A stretch of DNA of 64,000 bases from Octopus vulgaris (Eukaryota), in assembly GCA_951406725.2 (NCBI GenBank), contig OX597827.1:39432001-39496000 (forward strand), read 5' to 3'. Shown piece after piece: positions 39,031-53,172 of the stretch (positions are counted from its first letter, which is position 1; every line of letters starts with the position of its first letter). Both the position numbers and the translations under genes were made by a program. A model generated the notes under the pieces. It was not told the DNA's origin. It worked only from the letters and a program-made list of their open reading frames with translations, and did not search any database.

Positions 39031-39360
39031 TACTCCACCCACCAATAGAAAAAGAAATATGTAATTCTGTTCTAATAGATATCTGAAGAATTTTATTAAG
39101 TAGTTGTTGGTTTGGTAAGGAGAGAGAAGTGGGTGAGGAAAATCTTCAAAGAATTTCCATAAAAAAAAAAGAACAGAAAAAATAAATAGAAAGGAAAAAA
39201 ATAAGATGGAATTTAAAGAATGCAAAAAATGGTGAATTGTAAAAGAGTGCAGGATAGAATGCTTTGCATTATTTGTTCCAGACCTCTGTGACCTGTGTTC
39301 AAATCCTGCTGAGATCTGCTTTGTCTTTCATCGTTATTGGGGTTGATAAATGAAGTGTGA

Positions 39361-39665
39361 AGGTGCATGGCTTAGTGGATAGGGTATTTGGCTCATGACT
39401 GTGAGGTCGTGAGTTCAATTCCTGGAGAAGCATTGTGTTCTTGAGCAAGATACTTTATTTCATGTTGCTCCAGTCCACTCACCTGGCAAAAATGAGTTGT
39501 ACCTGTAATTCGAAGGGGCTGGCCTTGTCACACTCTGTGCCATGCTGAATCTCCCTGAGAAGCACGTTAAGAGTACATGTGTCAGTGGAGTGCTCAATTA
39601 CTTGCATGTGAATGTTCTGTTGATCAAATCAACTGGAACCGGCATCATTGTAACTGATGGAGAGC
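39361..39665 (+). mobile_element. tRNA-derived SINE (family B-related)
   Basis: tggcttagtggatagg...gagttcaattcc...tgtgttcttgagcaagatacttta...ccttgtcacactctgtg. Confidence 0.7.
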
Positions 39666-39859
39666 CAGGCCAAAAAATGAAGTACCAAACAGTTCTTGAT
39701 GGTGGACTGGAAGAATTGTTGAAATATTGGACAAGATGCCTTGTGGTATATATCACATCTTTTTGCATTCTGAGTTCAAATTCCATATTCTATCATGGGT
39801 CTCTTCAAGGCATGGAAACACAATCTTTGGGACTCAGCTAATATTAGATCTTCAGGGTC

Positions 39860-40191
39860 CGATGGTACTGGCATTCTATCAGTTATGATGACAAGTGTTC
39901 CAGCTGATTCAATTAACAGAACAGTCTGCTTGTGAAATTAATGTGCAAGTGACTAAGTACCCCACAGACACTTGTACCCTTAATATAGTTCTCGGGGGGA
40001 TTCAGCATGGTACAGACTGTGAGAAGGCTGGTGCTTTGAATTACTGGTACAACTCATTTTTGCCAGCTGAATGGACTAGGACAACATGAAATAAAGTGTC
40101 TTGCTCAAGGTCACAAGGCACTGCCAGAAATCGAACTCACAAGCTTACAATCATAAGCCGAATAACCTAACCACTGAGCCATGCACCTTCA
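39860..40191 (-). mobile_element. tRNA-derived SINE (family B-related), inverted relative to 39361
   Basis: aagtgtcttgctcaagg...atcgaactcac...taaccactgagccatgcacc. Confidence 0.7.
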
Positions 40192-40424
40192 TACTGTCAG
40201 ATGGAGTGATGTATTGATCAGAACAGCATCTTACATCAAGCTACATGAGTGTCTTCCCTTTTAAGCATGTTGATATATATGCTTACATACCTGTTGAGTC
40301 ATTTGTCCACTCTCTGTAATAAAAGCAATTAAATATCACTGTGCTGCCTAAGTGAGTGCACTTCTATCTGTCTGTCCATCCGTCTGTCAGTCTGTCTGTC
40401 TGCCTATTATTTATCTATATCTAT

Positions 40425-40480
<56 letters not shown>

Positions 40481-40601
40481 ATACCTCATATTTAAAGAGA
40501 GAGAGAGAGGGCGGGAGGAAGAGTGTGTGTATATACAGATGGAAAGACAGACAGATAGAAATACAGAAAGACTGACGGCCAGCCAGTCAGTCAGCCAGTC
40601 A

Positions 40602-40639
<38 letters not shown>

Positions 40640-40674
40640 CAGTCAGCCAGTCAGACAGACAGACAGACAGACAG

Positions 40675-40743
<69 letters not shown>

Positions 40744-40890
40744 TGATAGATACATAGATACATACATACATACATACATATATACATGCATGCATATATA
40801 CATACATATATACATACATACATACATGCATGCATACATACATATATACATGCATGCAGGCATACATACGTACATGCATGCATGCATACA

Positions 40891-40924
<34 letters not shown>

Positions 40925-41661
40925 CTTACATACATACATATATACATGCATACATACAAACATACAAACATACATACATACATACATACATATATACATA
41001 CATACATACATACATATATACATGCATACATACAAACATACATACATATATACATTCATACATACAAACATACAAACATACATACATACATACATACATA
41101 CAAACATACATACATACATATATACGTCACACACAGTCTATGAAAATTATCAAAAATACCCACCTACAACCTGTTATCACAACCACAAAAATGACCAACA
41201 GTTTGATAATACTATTTGAAAAGGACTCAAAATATCTGGTTGAAACTGTTTTTAGCCTCAAATCCCATTGGCTTAGTGTCATTTGGCAAGGAGTCAAGCC
41301 ATATTATTAAAGAGGCTTCCTAATCTGCCAATGTCTTATCATGGAGATGCAGCAAAGTGGGTGACGTCAGAGCAAAAATCCTTATTTACAGGACATATCT
41401 CATTGATTTAGTTGTTGCTTTTATTGTGGTTATTGGTTGATTTAAGTACATGTAGACACACACACATACACACACACGCACACACATACACATGCATATA
41501 TGACCAGTAGAGATCTTGGAAAGCCATATCTCAAATAAAGACTCAGCATACAATTATGTAGTGTGTGTATTTGTGTGTGTGTATGTATGTATGTATTTAT
41601 GTATGTATTTACATATGTATGTTTTATGTATGTACCCCCCTCTCTCTCTCTATATATATAT

Positions 41662-42020
41662 ATAATTATTATTATTTGAGGGAATAAAATCCAAAACTTA
41701 CAAGGAAAAAAATTCAATTTAGAAATACTAAATCAAATTTCACACAATATAATATATATATAAAAAATTAGAAAAACCCCACCTTTTATCAATTCAAAAT
41801 GAACAATTAAATTACACCATCTAGAAAATTACATATAATAGAAATATTAACATTAAAATATATACAAATTATACACATTATTATTTTTTTTTTGCAATTT
41901 ACTTAATCATTGACATTTTATTGTTATTTTAATGTTAATATTTCTATTATATGTAATTTTCTAGATGGTGTAATTTAATTGTTCATTTTGAATTGATAAA
42001 AGGTGTTTTTTTCTATTTTA
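41662..42020. repeat. AT-rich fold-back unit between (TA)n tracts
   Basis: Perfect 81-bp inverted arms 41780-41860 / 41925-42005; the left part is related to 49220-49290. Confidence 0.85.
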
Positions 42021-42028
42021 TATATATA

Positions 42029-42134
<106 letters not shown>

Positions 42135-42533
42135 GCAAAGTGAAATTGTAAGGTACTGCACGAGTGGAAATATATATGAAAGAAGAACTCCCCAATCACT
42201 ACGTTATGCATCAGTACCAGGCTGTGCATCATTACTGGACCACAAAGGAAGAATGAATTTAAAAATTTTATTTCTATTTTATCGACTGCTGTAATTAGCA
42301 GGCAGATTTTGCATTATATATGTATCATATATGTAAATATATATGTAATAAAAGTGAAATTCTTAATGGCATTTCGTTCAACTTTACATTCTGAGTACAA
42401 ATTCCGTTGAGGTCTACTTTGCCTTTCATCCTTTTAGGATCAATAAAATAATGCCAGTTAAGCACTGGGGCTGATGTAATTGACTTTACTATCTCCCCCA
42501 AACTTGCTGACCCTGTACTAAAATTTGAAACCA

Positions 42534-42582
<49 letters not shown>

Positions 42583-42859
42583 GTAATAATTAAATCATAT
42601 ACTATACATTTTATTGTATTCTGTCATGCACATAAGCCTCTGTTGTTCAGAAATAACTGTTTTGCATACATACAGATGCACACACATACATATATACATA
42701 TGCATACACACACATATATACATATATACACATGCAAACACACACACATACATACATACATGCATGCATTTATAGGCACACACACACACACACTGACCCA
42801 CACACATGCGCACAAACAAACAAAAGGGAATGCAGTGTAAATAACGGACAGAGTCAAAA

Positions 42860-42896
42860 CTATTGAAAAGGTTGCAAGACGCAACGAAAATTTTAG
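42860..42896 (+). ncRNA. Minimal hammerhead, U3-A8 variant
   Basis: cua UUGAAAA G guugc aagac gcaac GAAAA UUU uag; stems I and II pair, palindromic stem III AAAUUU. Confidence 0.72.
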
Positions 42897-45475
42897 AACA
42901 ATAAAAATAAGAAAAAAGTGGAAATTTTACCGGTGAGTGTGTTAAATAATAAGGCACAAAAATAAAATGACTCTCCCCAGACACAAAAGAATATGCTTCA
43001 ACACACGAACTCATATAAAGAATCTTGCAAACCAAATCCAAAAACGAAACATAAGCCTCTGTTGTTCAGAAATAACTGTTTTGCATGAAACCAATCCAAG
43101 GGACAGAAACAGGTTGTGGGTCAACTGATATAAAGAATGTAACTACTTTAATGTTGCTGATAAGACATAAGAAGACATGAAACATGTTGGTGAATCATTC
43201 ATAAGTCCTTGTATAAAAGACCTCATCTTGAGTATGTTTTATGTAGATTCTGTTGAAAATGTTTGTGTCCTGTCCTGTTTCCAACACTACTTTATCAAGG
43301 TATATTAATGATATTACCAATAACATTAAAGTTTAATGTGTTTTGTATTTACATGTATGTAATGCTTATGCATTACAACAAGGTAAGTCTACAGATTTTG
43401 CTTGGCTGGCAATTTTACATCATTTTGTCTGATATGACTAAGTTATAGAGAAAACTGAAAGATTGTGCTTATTTGCAATTTTTGAATAACACACCATAGT
43501 AAATAAGGTATTTGCTTATTGTCTTAGCTTTATCACTGCGGTATGCAATAAAAGAGCAAAACAATGATAAGAAAAGTAGCTGATGCTGCAGACACAAATC
43601 AAGAATATTGCAAAAACATTGTAACAGTAATCACTGCATTCTTCACAAACATGTATTAGTAACAAAAAAAAAAAAAATTCTGTTGCATTACAATCAGTTT
43701 TAGACAAAGCAGTGCTGAATGCTAATAGTTTTAGCATCTTTTTATTATCAGCATGTCAAAATATAACAAAATGATTAAAAAATTATAGCTTATATATTGT
43801 GTGTTTGTGTGTGCGTGCAGAGGCACACGGCTTAGTTGTTAGGGTGTTGCACCCATGATTGTATGATTACGGGTTTTGATTCTTGGAATAGGGATGTGCT
43901 CTGTTCTTGAGCAAAATACTGCATTACACTTTGCTCCAGTTCATTCAGCTGGCAAAAGGGAATAACACAGTAATGGACTGCCATCCTGTTCAGGAAGTGG
44001 GGGAATATATACGTCACAGAATTCGAGAAACCAGTGTTATGAGTCTATTGCTTGGGAAGAACCCTTGATCTTTTTTATGTGTGTACAGGAAGATCAGTTA
44101 TGATTTTATTCAGCATATTTCCCTCTCAGATTCACACACTTATTGCAGTGGTTCTTCAGCTTTCTAAGCCCTGTAAAAATGCTTGGAAGGTTGGGTCTCC
44201 AACCAGGTCTTTCATGATACCCTTAAAGTCAGGAACTTTTCAGCACCCCTCATATAAGTATCATAAATACATTAAAAAAATATATGAATATACATTTAGT
44301 TCATACATACATACATACATACATACATACATACACATGCATATGTATGGTGCAGTCATGATTGTGTGGTTAAGAAGTTCACTTCCCAACCACATGGTTT
44401 CAGGTTCAGTCTTATGGCTCATCACCTTGGGCAAATGTCTTCTACCACAGCCTTGGATTGAACAAAGACTTGTTTGCAGATTCAGAAGACCAAAACTGAA
44501 AGATCTGTGGAATAAAGAATCAGATAACCCATACTCAAGAAAAGAGGTAAAGCTGGGGAACAGGGAGGGTGTCTGACTGTAAAACAATGTCCTAATAATA
44601 TATTCACCTGACCCATGGAAAAAGAGATGCAAGTACAAAGTAGCACTCAATGTATGGCATGTATGAACGGATGGATGCATGCTTGCATGTCTGTGTGCGT
44701 GTATGTGCATGTATGTGCGTGTGTGTGCACGCGTGCGCCCCCCCCCCCCCCCACACAATACAAGATTATATCAAAGCACCATGGGTTGTTTTTTTTTATT
44801 TAAATGACACACACACACACACACATACATACATACATACACACATACATACATACATACATACATGTGTATATATTTGCCTGGTAAGTACATCTCCAAC
44901 ACACTCACACGCACATAAGAATAAAGTGTCTTTCTCTGAAGCTTTTCTGTTTCATATGATGTCATAAAAAATGTTGGAACTGGAGATTATCCAAAAAGTT
45001 TAACAGAGGATTCCAAATTAAAACAAATTCGGGAAAACTAGCCGAACCGTTCCATCAACTTTTCTCGTGTCACACGTCTGTTAAGCTACTTTACTTCAAA
45101 GCGTCAACAAATTCTGAGAGTTACCTCCCTTGATTTCCAGTTGTCGCAGAGGATGAGCAATGACCTTATAAAACATAATCTAGCCATTAAAAGTTATCTC
45201 CCTTGTTTTATTCGTTAACGTGCTGACCATTCCGTTACACATTTCATTGCCCGTAGCTGTCCTGTGTAATGCCTAGTTATTGTCTCCTTTACTTTCTCTA
45301 TCCTTGTGCCTCTCCTTTCTCTCCCCCACCTCTTTGTCACACTGTCATATATTCTTTCTCTTTCTATTCCTCATATATACCAACGCTTTCATTCACTCAC
45401 CTCTCTTAAACATTCAATTTTCTCATGCATTTATAATCTCTCACACACAAAATTCGCAAACACGCTGGTTTCCTC

Positions 45476-45528
<53 letters not shown>

Positions 45529-46419
45529 ACGCATACGGCTTTCTGTCACATTTACACACTCTTTGTCACTCCTTCCTCCACACTAGTTTTCTCTCTCTGT
45601 CTCTCTTAAGCACACGCACTGATTTTCTCTGACTTTCACACTATCTCTTTTACTCTCTCCTCCACACCATCTTTTTCTAAAATATGTGTCTCTCTCACTT
45701 TGACTCTTTGTCACATGCTTGCTCTACTTCCACACAAGCAAACGAGGAAGCTTCTATGTAATCGTTCACCCCTATTAGAAATCGCAGTCGAATCGCCCTC
45801 AAACAACACTCCCAATGTCTTTTAAAAGGTGACAACATGCTGGACAGTGTAGTCCTGAATACTTAGTACCCAGGAAAAAGGCATTTAACAATTTTGAACA
45901 TGGCTCTGCTTAGTCAGAGTAGGAGCTGATGCTGACCACCAACAGCACCGTCTCCGCCGCTGCCACCACTACCGCCACGACTACAACAACGACGACGACC
46001 AATACCACCACCACGACCTCCTCCCTCCTCCCCCTCCCCTCCTCCATCCTCCCCCTTCTCCTGATTTTCCTTTTTCTCCATGTGAAGAGATCACATATCT
46101 GCCCCTCCAATTCCTTCTCCCTCACTTAGTGGACACAAAAGTAATTAAAGAGCACAATTCACAGTGTGACTTGCAGTGGTTGTTGTTGCTGTTGTTGTTG
46201 TTAGCTATGATTGAGGAGAATTGTGACTGAAGGTATTCCAGCTGAAACCAACCCATGTTTTTTTTTCAGTTATATTGTAAAGGAAACATTATCTAACATG
46301 TCATTCCTTTTAAAAGATGGTATTGTGTTAAGGAAAGTCTTGTGGCTACAATTAGTATGTTGAATATTCTTTCTCTCTTTCATAGGTGCTGTTTTTTATC
46401 AATACTGAGAATTTCCCAT

Positions 46420-46700
46420 TAATTGCATGTTACAAATGAAGAGGAACTTATGTAAAGAGCTGAGCTGGAAATTTTAAAAGATATTTTGAGGAAAAGGAGT
46501 CACTTTATTGAAAATGTCCTGCATTTGAAAGAGTAAAAGATATCTCAAAGAGCAGTGGAATAGATACCAGAAAGTGGAAACGGAGAAGAGAGAGTCCATA
46601 TTATGCTTGTAGGGGAAAAACTTCTCCATCTCCAGGATGATCTGCAGCAAGTGATAATAATATGGGAAAACAGAACCCAATTGTCAACAAAATTGTGTCA
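46420..46700 (+). mobile_element. Decayed RTE-like LINE ORF C-terminus
   Basis: VTNEEELM*RAELEILKDILRKRSHFIENVLHL...AVE*IPE, then KRRR after a frameshift; resembles RTE NEEL..R..GHVLR..W.P.GKRxRGRP. Confidence 0.6.
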
Positions 46701-46739
46701 AATTAGACAAGTGTTAGGTGACCAAAGATAATTGATTAG

Positions 46740-47355
46740 CCCTTTAGCATTTAAGCTGGTAGTATCCAGCCCAAATATTCACCCTTTTTTATGTTCAAAT
46801 TGGCCAGATCCTGCTTCTCTTACCTACCCTACAATGTTATTCTAAAAAAAAAAATGATACTTATATTATTGAAAGGTACAATATAATGCATGATTAATTC
46901 AAAATATCATCATCATCATCATTGTTTAATGTCCACTTTCCATGCTGGCATGGATTGGACAGTTTGACATGGAGCTAACAGGGAGCTGTCCAGACTCCAT
47001 TTGTCTGCTGTAGCATGGTCTCTATGGCTGGATGCCCTTCCTAACATTAACCACTTAACAGAGTGTGCTGGGTGCTTTTTACATGCCACTGGCATGGGTG
47101 TGTTAACACACCACCGGCACAGGTGCATTAATACAGCACTGGCATGAGTGCTTCTTAAGTGGCACCATAAGTGGAACCAGCACCTGAAAGGAGAAGCCTG
47201 TATGTGTGGAAGAGAGCGATTTTACTTAGCTTGACATGTCTTATCAAATACTGCAAATCACTACATCTTCTGGTCCTATGTCATTTCCTTAGTGAGGCCC
47301 AGCGTCTGGAATGAATAAGCATTACATTTCACAGAGCAATCTGAATGCTAAAGGG
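46740..47355. mobile_element. piggyBac-like MITE interrupted by an RTE 3' UTR (46905-47310, -)
   Basis: TIR ccctttagcatt / aatgctaaaggg; flanks ttag/ttgg are a degenerate TTAA. Confidence 0.65.
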
Positions 47356-48279
47356 TTGGAACAAAGAACAAAAACAGAAAGTTGAATGTCATATATTATC
47401 ACCAACTCTTGTTAAACCTAATGACTGCAAATAGAATCAGATACTTGCAATGAGAATTCATTAAATACAGAGACTGGCACTAAATTTAAAACCTGAATCC
47501 ATCAATGTTTTGAAGTAAGCTGCAGCTGCCATTTGTGAAAGAGACAATTATTAGATTATGTCATGTAGCAGCATGGTTAGGCACCATTCATTTATTTTGA
47601 TTTAAGAAAATAAATAAACAGTGTCTATCTTACCTGCCCATAAATACCATTCCTTCAAGGGTGTATGTTACTTCAAAGCATTGATGGACGGGTTTTAAAT
47701 TTGGCACAGTTTTGTTGTCAATATCTCTGACAGCCTAATTCAATAGCCTACAGTTCTGATTGGCTGATTATATTCTTGCCAACTCCCATATTCACACTGT
47801 TGGCATTACTTGTTTTGGATGTTCATATGTTATACTTGTTAATGTGACAGCATATCAGTTTTCTACTTACCTGCATTATGGTGGAACCTGAAGAGTTGAG
47901 AGACTCAGTCTAATGCATTGCATAATCTTGTAACTGTTGCATGTCCAACATACCAGCTGGTATGACATAGTGCTACTATAAAACCTCTTAATGAAACACT
48001 GTATGTGGCAATACTATATAATCCAGTCATTTGATTTTATTATGATATTACACATGCTTAAAGTTCTTGTCAATTATGAATACTCTTGTATTTGGTGATT
48101 AACCAAACATCAGTGAACTTCCCCTCACTGGTGCATCCTTTGCCAATGGGATGGGTTGTCCATCTGTTAATCTGTGTAATACTGTCTAGCCATTAAATGT
48201 AGTGTGTTTCATTTTGATATGCCTTGATTTGGTAAATGGATCCCCTTTAATTTATATACATATATATTAAAATGGTGAC

Positions 48280-49202
48280 CTTTGAGCTGCATTTTCATGT
48301 TGGGGAAGAGATGGAAGTGTGCTGGTGCTAAATCTGGAAAATAGGGTGGGCACAGAAGCAATACCATGTTGTTTTTGGTGAGAAACTCACGAGTGAAGGG
48401 AGCTTAGTGACAAGAGTGCATTGTCATCATAAAGAATACAGACGTTAGGGTTGACTGCGTGGACCCATACGACAGACCAAAAGCATCAGCAATGTTGTTG
48501 ATTGTCCTCAAACAATCCTCATTTACAAGCTGATTTTAAGCCGGCGAGCTGGCAGAAACTTTAGCCCACCGGGCAAAATGCTTAGCAGTATTTCGTCTGC
48601 CGCTACATTCAGAGTTCTAATTCCACCGAGGTTGACTTTGCCTTTCATTCTTTCAAGGTGGATTAAATAAGTACCAATTATGCACTGGAGTCGATATAAT
48701 CGACTTACTCTGTTTGTCTGTCCTTGTTTGTCCTCTCCGTGTGTAGCCTCTTGTGGGCAGTAAAGAAATAAGTTGATGAATTTTCTCCATATTTCTGGGG
48801 AAAACACTCATGACAGGTCTTCCAGATCGCTCACCATCTTCCAGAGAGATCCTTCTACATATGAAGCACCTATGCCACTCAAAACATTGTGTATGACCTA
48901 CTGCCTCATCACTATAAGCTTGCCAAAGCATGATCAATGTCTCTGTAGCAGACTTCCCAAGTTTTAATGCAAAATTTCATATTGGCTCTTTGTTCCAACT
49001 TCCTGTCCATGACAAAAGTTGCAGACTACAGCATATGTGATCACAAAAACACAAATTTCACAACTTGCAAAGTAAACACAGCAATGTCACTCAGCACAGT
49101 ACCACATGATGGTCACTGCTCTCACTGTGCATGCAGTCATGTGCTGCCATCTGTTGGTGCTCCACAGAACTAGTCTGGGAACTTTTTTATAGCACCTCAT
49201 AT
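48280..49202 (-). mobile_element. Internally deleted mariner with a SINE A insertion (48540-48772)
   Basis: MLWQAYSDEAVGHTQCFEWHR..SLEDGERSGRP; DDNA; PPYFPDLAPAHFHLFP (YSPDLAP motif); end tatgaggtgctataaaaaagttccc next to (TA)n. Confidence 0.85.
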
Positions 49203-49295
49203 ATATATATATATATATAATATTAGGGAGTATAAATCCAAACTTACAGGGGAGACTTCAATTTAGTATTAAATCAAATTTCACAATATATATAT

Positions 49296-49362
<67 letters not shown>

Positions 49363-49507
49363 TGTCTATTTACTAATTATATACTGTTTATTTATTATTA
49401 TATACTTTATTGTGATCTAGATAAATGTTTTATCATATATTTTATTTTTTCTATATGGTTTATGTCTATCATTGTTTGACTTCCTTAATAGTAGTTTTTC
49501 TCTAATT

Positions 49508-49546
<39 letters not shown>

Positions 49547-49817
49547 GCGCATGCACACACATACATAAGTAGTCATAATGAAGTCAAACCAAATAGTGAT
49601 ATTTTGAAATCACTTAATATATACTATGATTTAAAATTATTAGTATTTGGTTTGACTTCCTTATTATTACTTATACAACTCGATGGCAGGACAAACCAGC
49701 CAGTCTAGACTGCCTTGTGCAAATACTCTTACAATGATTTGGAGTAGTTTGCTACATTTGATTTGAGTAAAAAATTTCTGGTACCATGCACCACTTCTTA
49801 GCATAACATGAAATATA

Positions 49818-49885
<68 letters not shown>

Positions 49886-50472
49886 CATACATGCATACAT
49901 ACATACAAAGATAAATACATACATATAGAGAGAGATACAGAGAGAGACAGAGATAGAGATACATGTATGTATGTATACATGTATGTGTGTATATATATGT
50001 ATATATATATATATAAGCTTGAAATGTTACACTGACCTCTTTTTTTCTATCTTAAACTGAGCATCAACCTAATACATGCCCTGTGTATGTCCATTTGACT
50101 CTTGTACTTTTGCTCCTATTTGCTTATATGTGTGTGTGTGAGTGTGTATGTATTCATGCATATATATATATATACACACACACACACATACATTCACACA
50201 AACATATATATACTATGCAGTGGAAGTCACTTATAATTGTGGCTAATGCAAACTGCTGGTTATTCTTATAAAAATGGGTTTGTCTCAAAGTCATTACAAT
50301 AAGGAGCATCCATTGAGTAATTTATCAGTGATTATCTATTTATCTGTGTGTATATTTATCTCTCTATGTGTACGTGTGAGCATATATATGTGTGTGTTGT
50401 GTGTGTATATATATGTGTGAGTGTGTGTTTATATATATGTATTTATTTATAATATATATATATATATGTATT

Positions 50473-50519
<47 letters not shown>

Positions 50520-50568
50520 GTGTATATATATATATATGTATTTATATGTGTATGTATATATGTATATA

Positions 50569-50620
<52 letters not shown>

Positions 50621-51074
50621 TATCTGTGTGTGCATTCATGCAAATAAGAAAACATACATATTTATTAAAATATACATATACATGCTTTCATACAAAATAG
50701 CTGTATACATATACACACATGCACAAACACACACACACACACACGCACACACACACATACATATATATATGTGTGTGTGTATATATGTACATATGTATAC
50801 ACACACACACACACATATATATATATACATACATATATATATGTGTGTGTGTCTGAATCGGTGTGTATGTTTATACATGTGTGTGAACTGTAAAAAATAT
50901 CATTAATAAAACAACAAGAACATACAAATAATTTTCATTTTTAATAGTAGTTAAACCTTCTTACAAACTACCTGAATCCAGCCTGTCTAGTGCACCAGAC
51001 TCCACTTCATCTCACAGGCCAGCTACACTACCATACCTGCACCCACTCCCACACTCATATGTAAACACACACAG

Positions 51075-51105
<31 letters not shown>

Positions 51106-51209
51106 TGCATGTACACACACCAAACAGTTTCCTTGCTAGACAGGAAGACTGATGTTCTTATTACAGGGGAAGGACATAACTCTTGACCAAAAATACCTTG
51201 ACATCTCCT

Positions 51210-51820
51210 CACCCTTTCCTGCCACTACTACAACACGCCACTGCTGCCACTGATGCCGCCACCACCGACGCCACCACCAGCGCCATACCACCACCACAAC
51301 CACCGATGCCACTGCTGCTACCCCAATCACTGCTACCCACACTGGCAACGAAACACCACCAGCATCTCTAACAATTACACCCCCAAAACCATCATCACTA
51401 TCGTTATCACCATTGCAACTAACACCACCACCACCACCACCACCACTACCATTACCACCACTAGTTTCACTACCCTCTGTACAACTTACAGTACAACCAG
51501 TGCTGCCACTGCAGCCAACACTACCTCCGTTACCATCACCGATACTAACTTCACAAATACCACCACAAACACCACCACCATCGCCCTATTATCAACACTT
51601 CTACTATTACAACCACCACTACTGTCACTACCACCACCACCATTCTCATCACTTCCACTATCACTAATCTGATGAAAATCACCATCCGCCCCCACCCCGC
51701 CCCCACCCCGCCCCCATCATCACCACCACCAATACCACCATCCCCACCATTACTACTCCCACTACTTCTACCACCACTTCTACTACTACCTCTAACAACA
51801 ACAACACCACTCCCCCTGTC
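51210..51820. repeat. (CAC)/(CTA) low-complexity tract
   Basis: Read directly. Confidence 0.9.
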
Positions 51821-51916
51821 TTATTAATGAACACCCATAGCAGGATGCTAGCAAAAAATAAAAAAAACACTTGATGGACAACATCCCTTCTAGTCCCTGG
51901 TCAGAGAGCCAGACAG

Positions 51917-51951
<35 letters not shown>

Positions 51952-52079
51952 GAAACATATATTCACTTACACAAATACTAATACATTCGCACACATATAA
52001 ATACACGGAAATGCATATAAACACACAATGTCATACATGCATACGCACACACACACACACACACACAAACTCATGTGTA

Positions 52080-52127
<48 letters not shown>

Positions 52128-52685
52128 GACATTCTTACATACATTCATACACACACCCACATACAGACACACATACGCACACTCGCGCGCATGCACACAC
52201 ATACACATGCAGACACACACACACACAAATATATACACTCACGCATGCATAAATATATGCACTTGCAAATCCGCATGTGCACACTGGCAACCCCTACAAT
52301 GCACAAAACAGAATGAAAGTTGAACGGCACATGCACATTCATACACACATGCATGCACACATACACACGCACGCACACACACACACACACACACATTCAC
52401 ACACAGAGATACACACTACAGCGTTGTACTAAAATACTATAATATAGTAGAATGTGGGGTGGACGGAAGTATATGGTCAGACTTGGCATTTTATTAAATT
52501 CATGTTTCTCACAGTATTGTATGTCTTTGCAATAGAATACAACAGGAGGCGGTCAGGAAGAAAGTTGACCAAAGCAAGGAGACTGTGTATAACACACCTT
52601 GGAATATATGTACATACATACACACATATACATATACCTACGTAAAGACATACGCATATATACATACATACATACATACATATAC

Positions 52686-52733
<48 letters not shown>

Positions 52734-53108
52734 ATGTATATATATGCACACACACACATACAAAAATATATTTTATATTATATTATATTATATCATATTA
52801 TATTATGATATATTGTTTTATATCATGTTACACATTTGATAGAGCTGGAATGTTATATTGATACTGATATATACAGATATCACACAGGTAGCAAAGAAAA
52901 TCACCCGTTTGACTTGACTTTTCCAGCTAAGATTTATCCATCAATGGGGTGATTCACTTAATTGAATATATAAATCTGTATCCATCCATCCATCCATCTA
53001 TCTGTCCGTCCGTCCGTCCATCCATCCATCCATCCATTCATCCATCCATCCATCCATCAATCTATTTATATATATATATATTCCAATACACACAGATACC
53101 CAAATACA

Positions 53109-53172
<64 letters not shown>

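Noticed and set aside
46386-46700. Apparent host exon after a strong polypyrimidine/AG acceptor
   Set aside because: Contains stops and resembles a decayed RTE ORF; exonisation cannot be shown from sequence alone.
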